DNA from: Octopus vulgaris
Taxonomy: Eukaryota
Assembly (NCBI GenBank): GCA_951406725.2
Contig: OX597816.1
Span: 142,662,001-142,726,000, forward strand
Length of the DNA stretch: 64,000 nt
Direction: 5' to 3'
The notes under the pieces were generated by a model. It was not told the DNA's origin and made no database searches. It was given only the letters and a program-made list of their open reading frames with translations. Shown in pieces: positions 54,745 through 64,000 of the stretch (positions within the stretch are counted from its first letter, which is position 1; every line of letters begins with the position of its first letter). Position numbers and translations under genes: made by a program.

Positions 54745-55095
54745 AGGCATGGCTGTAGTTGAGAGGCTTGCTTCCAGTTTCCAGTCCCTCTGTGTGACAC
54801 TTTGAGCAAGTGTCTTCTGATATAGGACCAAACTGACCAAAACTTTGCAAGTAAATTTGTTAAATGGTAAATAAAAGAAGCTTGTGTGTGTTTAACATCG
54901 TGTGATTGTTGTAGACAAGTGTTACTGTCATACAAGAAGTTTTCTTTTCCAATGTTCCATGAAAACCTGACTAGCCATAGGAAAATATTACCTTACTTGG
55001 AAACAAGTGAGAGTTGGCTACAGGAAGAGCATCTAGCTGTGGAAAAAATGCCTCAAATTCCTTCATGCCCATTTGAGCTTGGAAAAGTGGACATT
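54745..55095 (+). mobile_element. Family B tRNA-derived SINE
   Basis: GCACAGGCATGGCTGTAG...CAGTCCCTCTGTGTGACACTTTGAGCAAGTGTCTTC...GGAAAAGTGGACATTAAAACAATGATGATGATG. Confidence 0.8.
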
Positions 55096-56434
55096 AAAAC
55101 AATGATGATGATGATTGCCAATGTTTTGTAACACTTTTGTATGACCTGCTCTGTATTATAAAGCAAGCGCCTGTGGTTAATAAAGAAACCATTCTTCTCT
55201 AAATGATGGCAGCCAACATAATAAAGCAATGATGAGATCCCAAAGGAATCAACTCTGCCTTTCATCTCTCTTTGGTTGATAAAATATGTATCCTCAATAT
55301 ATTGGGAGTTATTCAATAAGTTATACAGCTCCTCCTCTTAAAACTTGTACTGAGGTATGCAAATGTAAAAAACCTTATGTTAAGAGCATGAATTGCTAGA
55401 TTACTATGCAAGATGTTTTACAAGGATTAATTGCAGCTTTACATTCTGTATTCAAATCCCACTGGTTGACTTGGCCTTTCATTCATTCTGTATTGATAAT
55501 ATATCTACCAGTTAAGTACTGAGATTGATTGAATTGACTATATACTCTCCACCAACATCACATTTGTGTAACCTAGTATTTATGTTAGAAATTATTATAT
55601 GGTCTCTGTTTTTCGTATTTGTGCAATGAATTATCATGCCTATATCCTTAATTATCTTTCAGCAAGTGCACTGACCATATCTACTAAAAGTTACTATATT
55701 AGTCAGTATAAAATTGAAAGAGAAAGATGTTTTTTTTAATGTTCTTTCTCTCAGTTTGAGTGTTAGAGATATAAAATATGACAAAGTATTTTCTCAAACG
55801 CTCTGATTCTATCATTAATAAATTGTCCTTGTAATATTTGGTTTCAGAGTTCAAATATTCTAAAATTGACTATAAACCTTCCTATTCTGTGTCTATATCC
55901 CTACCCCTGGATTAGTTATATCCCTGCTTTCCCTACTAAAAAGACTGCCATATCCATGACCCCACAAAACTGACTTACATCTCTTCTTCCAAATTGACTC
56001 TATCCACAACAACTGACTAAATCCCACCCATAAATCATGTGACTTTTATGCCTATGTTACTGTTATTTGGTATTAATGTAAATCCTTTACTTTGTGAATT
56101 CAACTTCCATAAAGGTTGCCTATTTTAATTACACTGGAATTTATACAGTACTATTCATATTAGGGTTATTTGAATAATATTACTCCTCTAAAATGTGTGA
56201 CCCTATGGGTATTATCAGATATTGTTATTATTTTCCTTATTGTTGAGATTAGAAAAATGTTATCCGTTGATTAAATGTTTTGCACTACTTTTGGGATCAT
56301 CCTGTTATTTTTTTTTTATTTTTGTTTTCAGTGGTGTATTGGACTGCATTATGTAATATGTCCTCTTAAGACAGTAGGATGGCAATTTCAATGAGATTTG
56401 GGTGCTGCTTTTACTAAGTCTAGTAAACACAGAT

Positions 56435-56568
56435 TAGTCATAGGCAAACTATGGCCTGTGTGATTTTCTGAATGGCATACCTAAAGAAAAATGTTAAGTA
56501 TTGCTGTCTGCCTTGTAATGAGCCATGTCTCATGCAGCCCACATCTAGTAAAAGGTTGTCTGTGCCTG
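56435..56568. mobile_element. hAT (Charlie-like) MITE inserted in a family C repeat
   Basis: TAGTCATAGGCAAACT ... AGGTTGTCTGTGCCTG decayed TIRs, with imperfect 8-bp flanks ACACAGAT and ATGTAGAT. Confidence 0.55.
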
Positions 56569-58099
56569 ATGTAGATGCTTTCGCATTAGCTCATAGTTTT
56601 TTTGTTCACTTTTAATATAAAAGGGATGTTGAGTAGTGGTTTCTTTTATTTATGTATTTACTTTTGTAGCCTTGTTCTGATTTAAAATCCTTCCTCTGTG
56701 TGTGTATGTGCATGCACACACACACACACGCACATTAGCAGCATGTTATTGTGGAATCTGCACTAGTGAAGTTATGTCCTTGGTATGAGTAAAGATCCTC
56801 TTAATTTTAATGTATGTTGTCTCCTTGTTGCTAGTGTTACATGGTAGAATTGGTAGAACATTAAACAAAATACCTTGTATTTTGTTCCATCCATTAATGT
56901 TCATATTCCACCAGAGTAAACATTACCTTTCAACTTTTCAGAGTCAATAAAATAAGATCCTAGTATTGGGGTTGCTTTCATCAACCCCCTCCCTTTCCAT
57001 AGTATTTGTGACGTGTCTGTATTAAAAACTTATATAGTATGTTTTGTTGGTATTAGAGGTGGTTGTTTTTATTTTGTAATAGGTTAAAGGAAGAAATGAA
57101 GGACCTATGATCTTTTCTGGGCCTTCATGACTAGTGATAGACTGAGACATAATTATCTTCAGAACAGAGTCCTAATTCAAGTGTTCAGACTCCTCTAAAA
57201 GTACCAAGCACCATGTGATAATCTTTAACCAAGCCACAAATTAAGTCTATCCCCTAAGAACAGTTGAATAATTTCAAGGAATATATGAAATGTGATAACC
57301 TTTATTTATTGAAACTTGGTTATAAATCAAGCAACAGCCATTAATTTCGATTGTTCAAGTGCATAATTAGGTCTAAAGACAAGACTATCATTCCAAAGGA
57401 GAAATTACTTGTTGAAACAATAATCTGATAATGCAGTCAAAACCATTTATACCTTTTCCTTTTTTTTTCTTTCTTTTTTTTTTTCAAAGTAGAAATGTGA
57501 TACAGTTTGTAATCAGTAAATGCCAGGTGAATATTTAACAAATGCTACACTTAAATCTGGGACAGTTCTACTGGGAGGGGAAAATATATCATACGACAAT
57601 AATTTTCATTGACTTGTAAAATTGCAATAGCAATAAACTGAAATGAATTACTCTTGCACTGAGCTCAAATCCAACTGAGATTCAATTTTATCTTTCATTT
57701 TCAGGGCTGATGAAATAAGTACTTGTCAATATAAACGATCATTCTTCTCTCACTAAATTTCTAACCTTAATGATCTCACTAGTTTCTAGTCATTAAAGAA
57801 AAAAAAATGATCTGGTGTGAATTATTGCTACATAGATAATTGTTTCATATCTCAATGGGATTACTCAGAATTTTACATTGTGACTGAAAAAGGATAATCT
57901 GGAAATATTTCTTTAGCTCCATCAGAGAATTTTACTTATTTCAGTCATTGAAATGCAGCCATGCTGGGAATCCCATTACTTATTTTTAAGTCTTATTCTG
58001 TAAGTCTCTTTTGCTGAACTGCTAAATTATGGGCATGTGAACAAACCAACACCAGTTAATCAATGTAGGAAAAAGAAAGACACACATGCACACACCACC

Positions 58100-58547
58100 A
58101 CTACCATCATCATCATCATATAACTACTTTTCCATACTTCCATAGGTTAAATGGTGTTTATTTCTACAGCTGGATGCTCTTCCTGTCACCAGCTCTCGCC
58201 TGTTTTCAAGCAAAGTAAAATTTTCCCATGACCTGACATGTTCTCACAGAATATTGGAAATGAATGACACTGCTTGTATGGCAGTGACACTCATAAGTAT
58301 CACACAATTGTCAAGGCAAGAAGATGCAAACACACATGCATGTCCCCTGACCCATTCCCAACATACACACACACACACACATTTTTTTAGTTTCCACCTA
58401 CCAAATCTACTTGTAAGGCAATGGTCAACTCGAGGCTATAGTAGATGACACTTGCACTTGCCAGTATGGCACACAATAGGACTGAGCCTGAAATCACATG
58501 ACTGTGAAGTGAACTTCTGAACCACACAGCTAAGTCTGTGCCTGTGT
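58100..58547 (-). mobile_element. Family B SINE
   Basis: Reverse complement of the 54745-55095 architecture: (CAT)n tail, (CA)n middle and head AACCACACAGCTAAGTCTGTGCCT. Confidence 0.8.
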
Positions 58548-59542
58548 AAAAGATCTGATAGTTTTATACTGAGTGAGCCACAACTAAATACACAAATAAT
58601 TTAATCATGACTTACCATGTTCTTAATTAAAATCTGCTGAAGTCAAATCTGCCTCTCATCCTTCTAAGTTAATAAATAGCTAGCAAGTACTGGGGTTAAT
58701 GTAGTCAGTTATACTTCTATCACTATAATAAATTTTGATGTCTTGTTACTTCTTATGTAAAAATTAAATTATACACTCTTCTCTCTTCACTATATGCGGT
58801 TATGTGCCTTTCCGCTCTCTGTTGGTATATCAAACTGTTCTGATTGATGATACTTAGATGAATGCATGATCAAGTTCAATACAGCTCCTTTTGATAAAGC
58901 TGTAGGTATTTTACTTCAAATGTTTTTATTTGATACTTTCTATTACTACTGGAATGTCAATGTTTATAATAGTAAGAGGACAGGGGACTGGTTGAGTCTT
59001 CTACAGCACCAGATAAAAGGTCTTGTATTTCATTAGCTCTCTTTACATTTATATTTCAGACTCCACCAAATTCAGTTCTGCCTTTCATTATTCTGGTGTT
59101 GATAAAATAAAGAACCAGTGAAATGCTGTAGTCAATTTGACTAGATTCTCTCACAAAATTTTGTTTATTAGAAGTTATAATTAAAGGGCAACAGATTGAC
59201 ACAATCATTTGGGTGCTGGACTAAAATTTAGTTTTTATCATCATCATCATCATCGTTTAACGTCATCATTTTATATTTTGAGTTAAAATTCTACTGAGGT
59301 TTAATATTTTTATTCATATTTCAGAGTTCACTAAACTAAAAGACAGTAAAGTAATGGAGGTTAATATGAAGTTCTGGCTTTGTGTCTGTGTAATAAATCA
59401 ATATTTAGTCATGTTTTTACATTCTGAGTTCAAATCTCATCAAAGCCATCTATGTTTCATCTTTCCCAGAGTAGATAAAATGAGTATCAGTCAGATTCTG
59501 AATGGAGTCATTCTAATTCACTCCACCCTTCCTATGTATTAA

Positions 59543-60468
59543 GAAGTATTTCTTAATACATTAATGTTTTGTTAGAAAGTATCATCAAAGCCTCTAATTT
59601 ATATTCTAGTATATCTTAGATTTTATATTTATAATTTAGAAGGAAATTAAGTATTATGAGTGATAAAAAGGTGGTTAGCTGCACTGGATGAAATACTTAT
59701 TGGCATTTCTTCCAGCTTTTGACATTCTGAGCTCAAATTCTGCTGAGGTCAGCTTTACCTTTCATCCTTTTGAGGTTGATACAATAAGTAACAGTCAAGC
59801 ACTGGGATCAATGTAATTGACCCCCCCCCCCCAAAAAAAAAAATTGCTGACCTTGTGTCAAAATTAGAAAGAATTATCTCTAGTAATAATATTATAAGTC
59901 TGAAGATATAAAAAACATCAAATATATTCTCTCATTTGAAGACAAATGTTCTAAAAATTGCTTGTTTTTACAAGCAAGAAATTTACATAGTTTGTTTTTC
60001 CTATGTTGGGGTATAAGCATATTTGATGCCAGGAAGTACAAAAAGCATCTTGGCTAAGGACACAGGTGTAATTATCTCTGGCAAAGACAACTTCTATGAC
60101 ACCATGCCAACTCATTCAACCATCCCAAGCTGATTACAAATATCAATAACCATAATAAAACAGCAATAGTAGATACTAATAATTAACAACATTTTGTTTC
60201 TTATGCAAATAATTAAAAGTTTGGTTTAGATAGTTGGCTATATAGGAAGATATGAAGCTGTGATAGTCTGTATCTAATTAATTATGGTAGATCCGTTCCA
60301 AACTCGACATTTTTCGTTTTCTGTTCTGCTTTTTTCAGTTTAATAGCTCTTAAAGGTAAAGAAATTTCCTTCTAAATTATATATATAAAATTTAAGATAT
60401 ACTAGAATATAAATTAGAGGCTTTGATGATACTTTCTAACAAAACATTAATGTATTAAGAAATACTTC
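59543..60468. repeat. 106-bp inverted duplication with ~714-bp spacer
   Basis: 59543-59648 is the reverse complement of 60363-60468 with 2 mismatches. Confidence 0.9.
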
Positions 60469-61059
60469 AAGTTTTCAATAATGATATCTAAATATATGCA
60501 TATGTGTCAGTTATTAACAAAATAATTGTCTATTTAAAATTTGAAAATTTGAAGCTTTAAGATAATGACTAACTTCTTTGTTAAAACTGTAATAAAAAAT
60601 TGCAATGTTGTAATGATATTGTTTTTCTTAGATAAGCACAAAAATGAGAATTTGTTTTCACTTGGAAGTAGTACCATTCATGCCATTCTCAAGGTTATTA
60701 ACAATGTATTAATGCAGTGGATGGGGTTCAACAGGAGAACAAAGCAATACCATTGATTAGGTTTGACAAGTATTTATCACTGCCTGTAGCTCACTTGTCT
60801 TTGTAATAGTAGTATTGTTGTCATAGTAATTGCAACACTGATTGCTTTCTTACGTACATCAATTATTGAAGGGCAAGAATATTAATTGGCATAAATCTCA
60901 GATTAAGACTGGAACTTGTTTTATTGACCAAGGTAGAGTGGTCAACAAAGCTAATGTAAAAGTATTTGAACTTGGAACAGAGAAAGAGAAAATATTTAAA
61001 GCAATTGATGATGATTTGAATGTATGGAGTCTGTTATTGTAATGATAAATGGTTTCTGA

Positions 61060-62000
61060 TTTAGGCTCTATGCCAGCAATTTTCAGGAGAGTGGGATGGG
61101 AGTGGAGGGGGATGGCTGATTTCATCAACCCCAGTACTTACTTTATGGTACTTAATTTTATGGATCACAAAAGGCTGAAAGGTCAAGGTGACTTTGGCAG
61201 TATTTGAACCCAGAGTGTAAAGTCCAAGAAAAATTCAGTATGACATTTTGTCCAATGCTGTAATGATTTTTTCATGTCAACTTGCTACCTTTATTATAAT
61301 ATTAATATTAATAATGGTTTCAAATTTTGCCACAGGGCAGCAATTTTAAGGGAGGGGATGAGTTGATTACATCGACCCCAGTGTTGTACTGGTACTTATT
61401 TATCGACCCTGAAAGGATGAAAAGTAAAGTCAACCTCAGTGGAATTTGAACTCAGAATGTAGCAATGGGTAAAATGCCACTAATCATTTTGTCCGGCATG
61501 CTAATGCCTCTGCCAGCTTGCCACCTTTATAATAGTAGTAATAATAATAATGATAATAATAATAGCCACAAGGACAGCAATTTTGAGGGAGGGGATGAAT
61601 CGATTACATCAACCCCAGTGTTCAACTGGTACTTATTTTATCAAACCTAGATGGATGAAAGGCAAAGTCAACCTCAGCTGAATATGAACTCAGAACGTAG
61701 CGATGGGTGAAGTACTGCTAAGCATTTAGCCCAGCATGCTAACTATTCTGCCAGCTTGCCACCTTAATAATAATAATAATAATGATGATCCTTTCTACTA
61801 TAGGCACAAGGCCTGAAATTTTGGGAGAGGGGGCTAGTCAATTAAATCAACCCCAGTGCTCAACTGGTACTTATTTTACTGACCTCAAAAGGATGAAAGG
61901 CAAAGTCAACCTCTGCAGAATTTGAACTCAGAATGTAGAGGGAGACAAAATGTCACTAAGCATTTTGCCCAGTGTGCTAACAGTTTGGCCAGCTCGTCAC
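61060..62000 (-). mobile_element. Head-to-tail array of four family A SINEs
   Basis: Units at about 61060-61290, 61312-61530, 61565-61765 and 61785-62000. Each has ACCCCAGT..GGTACTTA..GAAAGG..AAGTCAACCTC..TTGAAC(T)CAGA. Separated by (AAT)n; a fifth decayed unit lies at about 62040-62210. Confidence 0.9.
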
Positions 62001-62344
62001 ATTTTTTTCACATCTGGAACACAGTAACAAAATTATAATAGAGGATTATAATTGTTTGTTCAACTCTAGTGTTTACTATAAATTTTTTTTTTTCAACCTA
62101 AAAGAATGTGAGGCAAAGGTGACCCCTAGAATGATTTAAACTTGGAATCTATAGAAAGTTGGATTAAATACTGCAAAACTTTAAATCTGATGTTCTAACA
62201 TTCTGTTACCTTTTTGATATTAATTACTTCTCACTTTCATACAAAACTATGAATTAGAATTGACTCTTGTAAAAATTTTATTGAAGCAGAAGCAAAATTG
62301 CCACTGGTAAAGTTTTGAGCTTCAGAACATGTGAGTGAAAATTA

Positions 62345-62810
62345 TCCTCATTTTTAACATCCACTTTTCCATGCTTGTATGGGTTGGACAAATGTCTATT
62401 GAATCGAAACAGATTTTCTACACTCAAATACCCTTCCCGTCACCAAACCTCATCTGTTTACAAGCAAGGTCAAATTTTCTCATGGCCAGGCATAATTTCA
62501 CAGAATATTGGAAATGAATGACGCTGCTTATATCGCAATGAGACTCATTTACAGCTATCAAAGAGACATAAACACTCTTGCTTCTGCATACATATGTCTG
62601 TGTTTGTATGTCTATCTATCTATCTAATCTATTGCATACACACACAGACACACACATATATATATATGTATGTATGACTTCTGCAAGGCAAGGCTTTGGC
62701 CAGCCTGGAGCTATAGCAGAAGATGCCCAAAATACCATGCTGTAGAGCTGAACCTGAAGCCATGTGGTTGATAAATAAACTTCTTATCCACACAGCCATT
62801 TCTGTGCATA
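62345..62810 (-). mobile_element. Family B SINE
   Basis: CATTTTTAACATCCACTTTTCCATGCTTG...CAGAATATTGGAAATGAATGAC...CCACACAGCCATTTCTGTGC. Confidence 0.8.
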
Positions 62811-64000
62811 TAGTATATTTTGAATTATAATTCTAGAAAAAAAGTTCACCACTGATCTTAGATTTAATTAAAAACTTCAATTTCTTTCTTTAGGGGATGT
62901 TATTAAACTGCTAACCTTTGCTTTACCTGTTTTTGATCATTTATTTGATACAGGTATCCAGCAAAGGGCTATTCATTTGCTCACTGAAAGGGCTAGTCAC
63001 TTGTTCACTGCATTTCAAATTACGACAGTGACAAGGAGTGTCTGTAATTTGATGGACTTCATCCAAAGAGCACTGGTTTTTCACCAATATTTATATCCTT
63101 TGCAATTTCCATTTATTGAATACCACTCGCAAAGTATTGGTCAACCAGATGCTTCCCTAGCATTTGCTCAGCATTTTATAATGGGATCATTTCTGAAACC
63201 ATGTGGTTGTTAAGCCATATCTGTACCTGTTTTGTAGTGAAAATGTACACCCCTCCTGGTAAAAAGTTGTAGTAGCCAGCCGTTAGGCCAGTAGCCAGTT
63301 GACTGAGGAAGGTCAAGAGGTGGACTGTGTTGATAGTCATGTCTGTACTGATATAATAATTATACTGTGATACTGAGTGGATGATATAATAAGCCAACCT
63401 TTTGAGGATAATAACACTGTATGACTGAGGGTCATACAGTGCCAGGTAGAACCATTCTATTGACGACTTTGGAATATAACAATATCTGTCAGAGCAACAA
63501 CTGTTGTCAAAAGACTGCTTTACAACAGAACCCTTATGTGAAATAACATCTTTGTGTAGCAACTCTACTTTGGTGTTACCTTCATAGATGTAACAGCCTA
63601 GAAGGTGATATTTTGTAGAGAAATATCACTTATGGTGAAATAAGACATAAGAATTTTGAAAAGTCTTGATGAAGTTACTGAATATATTCCAACTCCTTGT
63701 GCAAGTATCAACAAGTTTTCGTACTGTGTGCCTAAAGCTTTATATGCTTTTATTTCTAATGAAACAGTGCCACAGAAACCTATTTACCATAATGCTTTGT
63801 ATTGCAGTGTTATAGTTACCGACTTGAGGTGATTTGTGGTCTGTGTTGGTGTTGTTTTTGTTGTGTATTATCATTTATGTAGGCTTATGTATTGTTTCAT
63901 TGTTGTAGTTTGAAGAAACTTATGGCTTGTGGTGCAACATTGTTTCTACTACTATTACTACTACTATTTTTAGCAATGGAGATAACAATGCTGTAATACT

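Noticed and set aside
56310-56400. Acceptor-like TTTTTGTTTTCAG followed by TGG TGT ATT
   Set aside because: The downstream sequence is a family C repeat and stops in frame.
61060-62000. Repeat array considered as CRISPR-like
   Set aside because: Units are ~230-bp SINE copies without unique spacers, in a eukaryotic context with no cas genes.

Overview
AT-rich eukaryotic (animal) genomic DNA. Its repeat families resemble those I recall from octopod cephalopods; that taxon assignment is an inference. The only host coding sequence I can support is one 138-nt internal exon (27224-27361, +) of an NKAIN (Na+/K+-ATPase-interacting protein) gene, so the window is probably two very long introns. The rest is dense with repeats: tRNA-derived SINE families, RTE and R4/Dong fragments, a decayed Ty3/gypsy pol, a young 5'-truncated CR1-type LINE whose reading frame is broken by three TGA stops, several MITEs and a Helitron end. 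Most short ORFs in the track are spurious. The most unusual items are a 107-bp tandem duplication with a degenerate minimal hammerhead-ribozyme-like core in each copy, and several long near-perfect hairpins and inverted repeats in the inferred pre-mRNA. I see no convincing novel multi-gene system. Repeat boundaries are approximate unless target-site duplications (TSDs) or termini are quoted.
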